The notes under the pieces were generated by a model. That model did no database searches. It saw nothing but the letters and a program-made list of their open reading frames with translations, and was not told the origin of the DNA. Shown here piece by piece: positions 1-7,265 of a stretch of 32,000 bases of DNA (the first letter of the stretch is position 1; the number at the start of each line of letters is the position of its first letter). The translations under genes were made by a program, and so were the position numbers. Origin of the DNA: Chlamydiota bacterium (GTDB lineage Bacteria; Auribacterota; JACPWU01); assembly GCA_016196885.1 (NCBI GenBank), contig JACPWU010000038.1, positions 30,001-62,000 of the forward strand, in the 5' to 3' direction.

Positions 1-1635
1 CTCTTTAAAAAAGGGTAAGGTGCTAAGCGCGGCATAGGTAGCGCAGGCATCATTGTAGGTAGAACCCTCTTGGGGAGGAGCGCCGAAAAGACCTTCATAA
101 CTCCCGTCAGGTCTTTCGCAGGCGGCCAGGCCCCAACTACTTTCAGAGAAAAGTAAATCATATCCGCCACATTCTGTTTTTAAATCAATGCAATATTGGC
201 GGTTGGCTTGGGTTGCAACTTTAGAATTTTCATGCCAGTCCACAGGATCGTAATCCAACCCCGCTAGATCGGGTCGATCAGAGCCAAGGCTCTTAAAATC
301 AACCCAGGGACGGGCGAAGAAATAAGTGAAAAGAGAACCAAAATAAGAATTGTAAACGGAGTAACTTGTCCCAGAAGAAGAATTATACGTGAGATAAGAG
401 GTGCGAGAAACGCGATAAAAATTCTCTAAATACTCTGCATTGTCGGGGTCCTGAGCCAGGGCCAAGATATTGATGAGAAAGAGCTCGTCCGTGGTACGAT
501 CCCATTTATAACTGTCAAACGTGTTGGTACTGGGGTGATAGGACATGTAAAACCATTTTTGGCCCGTGCCGTCATCCCGAAACCAGAAAGACCATTTCAT
601 ATTATTGAAAATCGAGTCGGCCTCATCTTTTAAATCGGACCAATATTCTCCTACCTGAATAACACCGGCGAGTAAGAGGGCATTGTCCACAGAAGAGACT
701 TCACTTCCGGAGTAAGCCGTGCTGTCCGCATTCAGAAAGTGGAATAAAAATCCAGAGGTCCCGTATTTCGCTGGATTGCTGGTCTGTAAACCTTGGATTC
801 GAATGATCTCACTGAGAATGGATTGAGCCCTGGTTTTGGCTTGATCGGGAGTGACTGTGTTCCAATAGCTACTCGTTCCATATCGCTCTGCGAGCACTGC
901 CAAGGTGCTCAGACCAAAGCCTGTTGCAGCAATGGAGGTGAAAGAAGAATTATTCATCGAATCTTTCACCATGCCGTAAGAGCCCAGCGTTTGCTGATAA
1001 AAATAAAGGGCCGCGTCAGCTTCTGTTTTATCCAGCAAGTCTACATCTGAAAGGGAAGGTCCGCTGGTCAGTGCAGGCGCTTGGACGCCCGTCTCGGGAC
1101 AATCGGTCGAAAGGGCCACGTCCTTAAAGTAAAAACCCGCTTTTTCTTTTTGATCCGCAACGATCACCACTTCACTCAATTGAGTTCCTGAAAAAGTAAA
1201 GGGAATCGTCACGGTCGTATAACTGGAGGTGCTTCCAAAATCTTCAAGGTAAACCGCGGTCACTTGACCGTCGGGACTTTTAAATTCAAATTTGAGTTTT
1301 GAGGGGGCGTTGTAAGAAGAACTTTTCTTCACGGTGATTTTGACGGATTGAATGGAACTTGAAACGTTCATGTCACTCGTTAAAACAAATGAACTTCCGC
1401 CATAGCCGTCCGTGCAGGTGGAAGAGGTGGTGTCATAGGCGTAAAGATAGCTTCCGTCGGACTGGGTTTGAGGATACCCCGAAATCCAGCATCCCCAACT
1501 GTAGGGGCCATTGTACAGTTTACTTCCAGAACTGGTGTAAAGAACACTCGTGTCTTCAGCGTAGGCCTCCTGGGTAAGGGACATGGCTAAAATGAAGCTC
1601 AAGCACAAAAAAATCGCCTTTTGAATGATTTTCAT
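1..1635 (-). CDS. Secreted glycoside hydrolase, DUF3131 / GH144-like (beta-1,2-glucanase or putative-glucoamylase fold). N-terminal 545 aa only; the C-terminus runs off the window
   Basis: Absent from the ORF track because no stop lies in the window. My reverse-complement translation from the ATG at 1635-1633 stays open for 545 codons down to position 1. It starts MKIIQKAIFLCLSFILAMSLTQEAYA (signal peptide), followed by a beta-rich ~190 aa region. Then come SSFTSIAATGFGLSTLAVLAERYG, GFLFHFLN, SSVDNALLLAGV, DELFLINILALA and WGLAACERPDG, typical of the (alpha/alpha)6 DUF3131 family. Confidence 0.8.
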   Translation of the reverse strand, partial: MKIIQKAIFLCLSFILAMSLTQEAYAEDTSVLYTSSGSKLYNGPYSWGCWISGYPQTQSDGSYLYAYDTTSSTCTDGYGGSSFVLTSDMNVSSSIQSVKITVKKSSSYNAPSKLKFEFKSPDGQVTAVYLEDFGSTSSYTTVTIPFTFSGTQLSEVVIVADQKEKAGFYFKDVALSTDCPETGVQAPALTSGPSLSDVDLLDKTEADAALYFYQQTLGSYGMVKDSMNNSSFTSIAATGFGLSTLAVLAERYGTSSYWNTVTPDQAKTRAQSILSEIIRIQGLQTSNPAKYGTSGFLFHFLNADSTAYSGSEVSSVDNALLLAGVIQVGEYWSDLKDEADSIFNNMKWSFWFRDDGTGQKWFYMSYHPSTNTFDSYKWDRTTDELFLINILALAQDPDNAEYLENFYRVSRTSYLTYNSSSGTSYSVYNSYFGSLFTYFFARPWVDFKSLGSDRPDLAGLDYDPVDWHENSKVATQANRQYCIDLKTECGGYDLLFSESSWGLAACERPDGSYEGLFGAPPQEGSTYNDACATYAALSTLPFFKE

Positions 1636-1767
1636 GAGTGTTTCTGTCTTTTCTCCTCTCTCCTTTGTAACCATGATTAAAGACACTGGAGGATGAAAAA
1701 AGGTCAAAAGACAGGGTGAAAAATATCTTATTTTCTAACCTATTGGAGTTAAGGTAGTTAAAAAAAT

Positions 1768-2373
1768 TTATAGAATGTGGAGCATGGAAAGTTTCTGAAG
1801 AAACCCTTCGTGGGATTGATAAAGATGGGTTTGAAAGCCTAAAAATTGGGCGGGGATGATGTTTTTTTGCTGGTCGTCGATGAAAAGGCATTCCTGGGCT
1901 CTGGCCTTGACGCAAGCCAGGGCCGCAAAATAAATCCCGGGATCTGGTTTTTTGACCCCGATTTCATAAGAGGTGATGATGCGCTCTAAGCGATTTAGAA
2001 TGGGAAAGTGTTCTTGAATAAATTCAAAATGACTTTCGTTGGTATTTGAAATGCCAATCAGAGGGAGTCTTCCTTTGAGGAAGTGAATCAAGTTCGCCAT
2101 TTTTACATTTTCCGTGAAAACATCTGAGAAAATGTTTTTGAGCGTTTCTTCACCGAGTTCAAGACCTGTTTTTCGAGAAATTTCTTTGAAATAATCTTGG
2201 GGAGAGGTTTTGCCTAAATCGAGTTCTTTTTCAGCATAAAGGTCGAAGATGAGTTTAAAAAGCCCAGGCTCATTTTTCCCTGTCAATTTGGCAAGCCTTT
2301 GGGACACCCGGTGATTGTCGAAATAGAGAATGACGTTTCCAATGTCAAAAAGAATGGCCTTGAGCTGTCCCAT
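1768..2373 (-). CDS. HAD-superfamily phosphatase, subfamily IA (YihX-like)
   Basis: 201 aa ORF. N-terminal LFDIGNVILYFD motif I and C-terminal FIDDQQKNI motif IV. Confidence 0.75.
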   Translation of the reverse strand: MGQLKAILFDIGNVILYFDNHRVSQRLAKLTGKNEPGLFKLIFDLYAEKELDLGKTSPQDYFKEISRKTGLELGEETLKNIFSDVFTENVKMANLIHFLKGRLPLIGISNTNESHFEFIQEHFPILNRLERIITSYEIGVKKPDPGIYFAALACVKARAQECLFIDDQQKNIIPAQFLGFQTHLYQSHEGFLQKLSMLHIL

Positions 2374-2441
2374 GATGAAATATCGTAGTATAATAGAGGG
2401 ATGAAATCAATGTTTGATGCCATAACCGTTGTCCACCCATA

Positions 2442-3356
2442 ATGAAAAACATACGCGAGCCGATAGCGGCAGGCACACTGTATCCATCCTCTCCCGACAA
2501 ATTGCGCTCGGATGTTTTGGGCCTGTTGGGGGATTTCCCGGCCTCTCCCTTGTCGGGTGAATGGGTCGCGATGGTGGTGCCTCATGCGGCCTATGCTTAT
2601 TCGGGCACCGTGGCAGCTTATAATTACCGGATTTTGCGGGAATGTCTTTTTGATACCGTGATTATTCTGGGTCCCAATCACCATCGCCTGGGATTTCGAG
2701 GGACTTCCATTTATGCTCGGGGGGCTTTCAAAACTCCCCTGGGAGAAATGTATATTGATGAAATTTTAGCAGAGGAAATTCTTTCCAGAGATACCGGGGC
2801 TGTGTTTGATGAAGAAGCTCATTTACGGGAACATTCCATCGAGGTTCAAATCCCTTTTTTGCAGGTGGTCAGTCCCCAAATTAAAATCGTTCCCATTTCC
2901 ATGGCAGATTATCACTGGAAAACTTGCGGGCGTTTGGCTCAGGCTATTGTGAAAGGAATTAAAAAGAGCTCAGGAAAAAAAATTTTAATCATGGCCTCGA
3001 CGGATTTGTCTCATTACCATCCTTACGAACGGGCCTGTCAAATGGACCAAATTGCCATTCAGGATATCGAAAGCATGGATCCGGGCCGCCTTCACATGGA
3101 TGCAGAGCATGGGATGCGTTGTGAGTTGTGCGGCTTTGGCCCAGTTCTGACGACGATGCTTGCGGCTCGAGATTTGGGGGCCCATATGGCCACAACCCTT
3201 TTTTATAGGAATTCTGGTGATGTGACAGGAGAGAAAGATCGCGTGGTCGGGTATGCTTCCATCGTTGTTTTGAAAGAGAAATTAGAGGGAGAGGAGGTTT
3301 TAAAAGAGATGGAGCAAGAGTTTTGGAGTGAGAAAGAGAAGAAGGTGCTTTTGTAA
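2442..3356 (+). CDS. Memo-like / AmmeMemoRadiSam system protein B family
   Basis: 304 aa. Has PIAAGTLYPSSP, VVPHAAYAYSGTVAAYNY, STDLSHYH and GDVTGEKDRVVGYASIV, characteristic of the MEMO1 family. Acidic ~30 aa C-terminal tail. Confidence 0.8.
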   Translation: MKNIREPIAAGTLYPSSPDKLRSDVLGLLGDFPASPLSGEWVAMVVPHAAYAYSGTVAAYNYRILRECLFDTVIILGPNHHRLGFRGTSIYARGAFKTPLGEMYIDEILAEEILSRDTGAVFDEEAHLREHSIEVQIPFLQVVSPQIKIVPISMADYHWKTCGRLAQAIVKGIKKSSGKKILIMASTDLSHYHPYERACQMDQIAIQDIESMDPGRLHMDAEHGMRCELCGFGPVLTTMLAARDLGAHMATTLFYRNSGDVTGEKDRVVGYASIVVLKEKLEGEEVLKEMEQEFWSEKEKKVLL

Positions 3357-3380
3357 ATTGTTATAGGACACTTTTGTAGA

Positions 3381-3409
3381 TTGTCATAGGGCATTTGACA
3401 TTGTATAAT
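3381..3409 (+). promoter_or_regulatory. Putative sigma70-type promoter upstream of leuS
   Basis: TTGTCA (3381-3386), 17-nt spacer, TATAAT (3404-3409). This would leave only a ~6-nt leader before the leuS ATG, and no SD is visible. Confidence 0.35.
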
Positions 3410-3421
3410 CTCCCATCCTTT

Positions 3422-5920
3422 ATGGCCAAGGTCCCTTATTCTTTCAAAGAGATTGAATCCAAGTGGCAGCATTTTTGGGAGGAAGAACGTTCCTTCCATG
3501 CCACGGAAAAATCCACGCATCCCAAATTTTATTGTCTCGTGATGTTCCCTTATCCTTCGGGCCGTATTCACATGGGGCATGTGCGAAATTATGCCATCGG
3601 TGATGTAGTCGCTCGCTACAAACGCATGAAGGGATTCAATGTCCTTCATCCCATGGGTTGGGACGCCTTTGGCCTCCCCGCTGAAAATGCGGCGATCCAG
3701 CATGGGGTTCATCCTTCCGAGTGGACGTATGACAACATTGCCTTCATGAAGAATCAATTGAAGAAAATGGGCCTTTCCTATGATTGGTCTCGTGAGATTG
3801 CTACGTGCGATCCTTCTTATTATGGCTTAGAGCAAAGGCTTTTTCTCAAGATGTATGAAAAGGGCCTTGTATATAAGAGGCGCTCCTTTGTGAATTGGTG
3901 TTCGGATTGCGAGACCGTATTGGCCAATGAGCAGGTGGTGGACGGCCGATGTTGGCGTTGCGAGAGTGAAGTGACACAAAAGGATTTGGAACAATGGTTT
4001 TTTAAGATCACGGCCTATGCAGAAGAGTTGCTGCAGGATTTGGAAAAATTAAAAGAGGGCTGGCCGGAACGGGTTTTGACCATGCAGAGAAACTGGATTG
4101 GAAAATCCATGGGTGCGGAAATCCATTTTCCTGTGGTGGGTCGGAGTTCTGAATTTTTGAAAATTTTCACCACCCGAGTGGATACACTTTATGGCGTGAC
4201 TTTCATGAGCGTGGCGCCGGAACATCCTCAAATTTTGGAGTGGGTGAAGGGAACTTCTCAGGAATCTAGCGTTCGCGTCTTCGTTGAGAAGGTTTTAAAA
4301 GAGAGTCAGCGGGATCGCACGGATTTGACGCGGGAAAAGGAAGGCGTTTTTACAGGTGTTTATTGTGTTCATCCTTTGACTCAAGAGAACATTCCGGTTT
4401 ATGTGGCAAATTTTGTGTTGATGGAATACGGCACGGGGGCGGTGATGGCGGTTCCTGCGCATGATCAAAGAGATTTTGAATTTGCCAAAAAATACAACAT
4501 CCCCGTGAAAGTGGTGATTCAGCCTGAAGGAGAAATATTAGATTCCAAAACCATGACTCAAGCCTATGTCGAGGACGGCCTTCAGGCCCATTGCGGATCT
4601 TTCGATGGTTTGAAAAATCAGGAGGCGATTCTTAAAATCTCCGAATTTTTGGAAGAGAAAAAAATCGGTCAAAGAGTCGTCCATTACAAATTGAGAGATT
4701 GGGGGATTTCTCGCCAGCGTTATTGGGGGACTCCCATCCCTGTATTACATTGTCATACATGTGGGACCGTGCCAGTTCCGGAAGGCGATTTGCCCGTTCT
4801 TTTGCCCAAGGATGTGAAGTTTACGGGAATGGGTGCCTCTCCCCTGGCCGATCATGAAAGTTTTGTAAGGGCCCGGTGTCCCAAGTGTGGAGGCCCGGCC
4901 CGGCGTGAGACGGATACGATGGACACCTTTGTCGAATCTTCCTGGTATTTTGCCCGCTACACCTGTCCTCAATGCGATGAGCCTCTCGATGTTTCCAAGG
5001 TGAAATATTGGCTGCCCGTAGACCAATATATTGGCGGCATTGAACATGCGGTTCTACATTTACTGTATTCCCGGTTTTTCTCGAAGGTGTTGAGGGATTT
5101 AGGATTTCTAAAAGTGGATGAACCTTTTTCTCGTTTGTTGACTCAGGGGATGGTCATCAAAGATGGGGCGAAAATGTCCAAATCCAAGGGCAATGTCGTG
5201 GATCCCGACATGCTCATTGACCGATATGGGGCAGACACAGCCAGGCTCTTCAGTCTTTTTGCTGCGCCGCCTGAAAAGGATTTAGATTGGAATGATGAAG
5301 GGGTGGAGGGATCCTTTCGATTTTTGAAACGGGTTTGGACCAAGGTGAATGAATTTTTGGAGAAAAAATCTGGCGAAAATTCAAATGTTTCTCTTGATTC
5401 GATGGAGGGGATGACGGATCTTGAGAAAAAACTGTATCGCAAAACGCACTCTACGCTGAAGAAGGTTTCCCAGGATATTGAGGACGCCTATCATTTTAAT
5501 ACGGCCATCAGTGCAATTATGGAATTGGTGAATGAAATTTATCACTTCGACGTTGAGGAAAAACCTTCTTCTCGGGGGATGGCCATTTTGTCTGAGGCTC
5601 TCAAGATGGTGGTGATTCTTCTTTCGCCTTTTTGTCCGCATATCAGTGAAGAGTTGTGGGAGATGCTGGGAGAAAGTGACAGTGTAGGACAAGTGTCATG
5701 GCCACATTGGAACGAAAAAGTTCTTCAAGAAGACAGCATTGAAATTGTGATTCAAATCAATGGGAAGGTGCGAAGCCGTCTTCAAATAGCGCCCACCCTT
5801 TCTTCTTCTGAATTGGAAAAGAAAATTCTGGAGGACGAAAAGATTCAAAAATTTTTGAGCGGCGCCCGAGTGAAAAAGTTTATTCATGTTCCCAAGAAAT
5901 TGGTGAATGTGATTGTGTGA
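3422..5920 (+). CDS. leuS: Leucine--tRNA ligase
   Basis: HMGHVRNY (HIGH) and KMSKSKGN motifs, CP1 editing domain, zinc-type CxxC pairs. I prefer the ATG at 3422 ([21 protein letters not shown]). The ORF-track TTG at 3395 lies inside the predicted promoter. Confidence 0.97.
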   Translation: MAKVPYSFKEIESKWQHFWEEERSFHATEKSTHPKFYCLVMFPYPSGRIHMGHVRNYAIGDVVARYKRMKGFNVLHPMGWDAFGLPAENAAIQHGVHPSEWTYDNIAFMKNQLKKMGLSYDWSREIATCDPSYYGLEQRLFLKMYEKGLVYKRRSFVNWCSDCETVLANEQVVDGRCWRCESEVTQKDLEQWFFKITAYAEELLQDLEKLKEGWPERVLTMQRNWIGKSMGAEIHFPVVGRSSEFLKIFTTRVDTLYGVTFMSVAPEHPQILEWVKGTSQESSVRVFVEKVLKESQRDRTDLTREKEGVFTGVYCVHPLTQENIPVYVANFVLMEYGTGAVMAVPAHDQRDFEFAKKYNIPVKVVIQPEGEILDSKTMTQAYVEDGLQAHCGSFDGLKNQEAILKISEFLEEKKIGQRVVHYKLRDWGISRQRYWGTPIPVLHCHTCGTVPVPEGDLPVLLPKDVKFTGMGASPLADHESFVRARCPKCGGPARRETDTMDTFVESSWYFARYTCPQCDEPLDVSKVKYWLPVDQYIGGIEHAVLHLLYSRFFSKVLRDLGFLKVDEPFSRLLTQGMVIKDGAKMSKSKGNVVDPDMLIDRYGADTARLFSLFAAPPEKDLDWNDEGVEGSFRFLKRVWTKVNEFLEKKSGENSNVSLDSMEGMTDLEKKLYRKTHSTLKKVSQDIEDAYHFNTAISAIMELVNEIYHFDVEEKPSSRGMAILSEALKMVVILLSPFCPHISEELWEMLGESDSVGQVSWPHWNEKVLQEDSIEIVIQINGKVRSRLQIAPTLSSSELEKKILEDEKIQKFLSGARVKKFIHVPKKLVNVIV

Positions 5921-6075
5921 GGTTGCGGGTCCTGGCCCTTCTCACCCTCATTGACGGTATCGGCGTCGGTACTGTCGTTAGTAGGGATGCTAGGGTGCAG
6001 AACTCCGCCTGCTGGCGCTCAATGGGGGGCCCCCAGTCGGGCCACCCGCTCTGAGCGTAGGGAGGGGGTAGTCCT
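5921..6075 (+). other. GC-rich structured spacer (candidate cis-regulatory leader or small RNA) between leuS and comEA
   Basis: Visibly more GC-rich than its flanks. Long-range stem GCGGGT-(CCT)-GGCCC (5925-5938) with GGGCCACCCGC (6039-6049). Inner hairpin GACGGTA (5953-5959) / TACTGTC (5970-5976). CACCCT (5943-5948) / AGGGTG (5992-5997). G6C5 palindrome at 6024-6034. Confidence 0.3.
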
Positions 6076-6648
6076 ATGTTCCATCTTTCTCGCCAAGAGC
6101 GTTTCCTTCTTTTTGCGCTCGTCGCAGTTTTAGGGATCGGATCCTGTTTAATTGCGCTGAAGAGATTCGCGCATTGGGATCTTTTCAGCCAGCAAGAGCA
6201 TTGGCGAAAAGTAGAACCTTTGCCTCGTCATGAGGATTTGTGGGTGCTGGTGAAAGGAGCGGTGGAACATGAAGGAATTTATCATGTTCCTTTAGGGGCT
6301 CGCGTGGTCGAGGCCGTTCAAAAGGCGCGTCCCTTGGCAGAGGCTGATTTGATGGGGCTTCCCCTCGCTGATTTTGTGAAAGATGGCGAGACGCTGAACG
6401 TGCCTCGCATCGTTCCTCAAAATGATTCTCAAAAAGAAACGGTTGTCAGCGCTTCTTCCAAAATTAATATCAACACGGCCGATACCTTGCTTTTGGACCA
6501 TTTGCCGGGGGTGGGACCCCAATTGGCCGAGCGCATCATTGATTATCGCAAGGCCCATTCCTTTGATCGGATAGAGGACCTCTTGAAGGTTTCAGGCATT
6601 GGAAAAAAGAAATTTGAAGGGATGAAAGATGAGGTTTGTGTGAAATGA
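6076..6648 (+). CDS. comEA: Competence protein ComEA (SLBB domain plus helix-hairpin-helix DNA-binding domain)
   Basis: N-terminal TM segment, an SLBB-like VKGAVEHEGIYHVPLGARVVEAV, and a C-terminal ININTADTLLLDHLPGVGPQLAERIIDYR...LLKVSGIGKKKFE tandem HhH. SD GGGAGGGGG at 6060-6068. Confidence 0.9.
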   Translation: MFHLSRQERFLLFALVAVLGIGSCLIALKRFAHWDLFSQQEHWRKVEPLPRHEDLWVLVKGAVEHEGIYHVPLGARVVEAVQKARPLAEADLMGLPLADFVKDGETLNVPRIVPQNDSQKETVVSASSKININTADTLLLDHLPGVGPQLAERIIDYRKAHSFDRIEDLLKVSGIGKKKFEGMKDEVCVK

Positions 6649-7265
6649 AAAAGCAGAAGTCAGAAGACAGAAAACAGAATTCAGAAGACAGAAGTCAGAA
6701 GTCAGAAGTCAGAATAAAAGAAAACCTTATCCATTCTGGATTCTGGATTCTGACTTCTGTTTTCTATCTTCTGACTTCTATCTTTGTTATTCCTGTACAA
6801 GCGCTCAAAATCTCCGATTTTTATCAAGAGGCCAAGGTCGGCCAATGGATTTTGATGAAATCCAGTGATGGGCTTTTGACGCGGACGGCGGTGGTTGCAA
6901 AAGGAGACGGAAGGCTGACGTTGCGTATTCAAAATTTTAAGCAGGACCAGTTGATTTCAGATGCTCAAGAGACCTTCGATGTTGAAAAGGGGAAAATAAT
7001 TTCTGTGATGATTCAAGAGGGCAATCGCGTGAAAGAAATTCTTCCCAAGCAAACAGAGATGGATGATTTCTTTCAAGTGAATTTCCGCCTTTTAGGGGAT
7101 GAATCGGTACAGGTCGAAAAAGGGGACTTCCCTTGTAAGCGCTATAAGGGCATTTTCCGCGATCGTGTCGTGAAGGCCTGGATCAATGACGAAATCCCCA
7201 TTCTTCATTTGGTTAAGATGACGATGCAGGCGGTTGAGGTAGAGCTGGTGGATTATGGAGGATAA
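6645..7265 (+). CDS. Hypothetical exported or membrane-anchored protein (called X here) embedded between comEA and comEC
   Basis: The ATG at 6645 overlaps the comEA TGA (ATGA), and the stop overlaps the comEC ATG (TAATG). The N-terminus has a charged 30 aa stretch, then GFWILTSVFYLLTSIFVIPVQA, then a beta-rich ~150 aa domain. An alternative start at the ATG 6855 would remove the signal anchor. Confidence 0.6.
   Translation: MKKQKSEDRKQNSEDRSQKSEVRIKENLIHSGFWILTSVFYLLTSIFVIPVQALKISDFYQEAKVGQWILMKSSDGLLTRTAVVAKGDGRLTLRIQNFKQDQLISDAQETFDVEKGKIISVMIQEGNRVKEILPKQTEMDDFFQVNFRLLGDESVQVEKGDFPCKRYKGIFRDRVVKAWINDEIPILHLVKMTMQAVEVELVDYGG
6654..6788. repeat. Heptamer-array hairpin H1, word CAGAAGN
   Basis: Nine tandem 7-mers at 6654-6716: cagaagt cagaaga cagaaaa cagaatt cagaaga cagaagt x3 cagaata. 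A 16-nt loop follows. Then eight reverse-complement 7-mers at 6733-6788: attctgg attctgg attctga cttctgt tttctat cttctga cttctat ctttgtt. Confidence 0.9.

Noticed and set aside
1640-1714. Possible additional heptamer locus upstream of the glycosidase gene (ctgtctt ttctcct ctctcct, with AAAAGACAG at 1706-1714 as partner)
   Set aside because: Period-7 structure is weak. On the coding strand the tract doubles as the purine-rich SD region, and the stem is only 9 bp with a ~53-nt loop. Noted but not counted.
1556-1915. 119-aa minus-strand ORF bridging the HAD gene and the glycosidase gene
   Set aside because: It is out of frame with both genes and covers the 3' end of the HAD gene, the spacer and the 5' end of the glycosidase gene. 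The signal-peptide-bearing frame starting at 1635 explains the region.
2389-2394. TATAAT box in the divergent HAD/Memo spacer
   Set aside because: No acceptable -35 element lies at 16-18 nt (the sequence there is TGTCCC). This is too weak to list as a promoter.
3203-3757. 184-aa minus-strand ORF
   Set aside because: It spans the 3' end of the Memo-like gene, the promoter-containing spacer and the 5' end of leuS in antisense. It is a shadow ORF of two strongly supported genes.
5951-6133. 60-aa ORF in the GC-rich leuS-comEA spacer
   Set aside because: It overlaps the comEA start in another frame, has an Ala/Arg/Gly-rich composition typical of random GC-rich frames, and has no SD.
6654-6788. 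Could the regularly spaced short repeats (here and at the other heptamer loci) be CRISPR arrays?
   Set aside because: The units are 7 nt long and directly abutting, with no spacers. The arrays are 14-63 nt long and are paired with reverse-complement arrays. No cas genes are present in the window.
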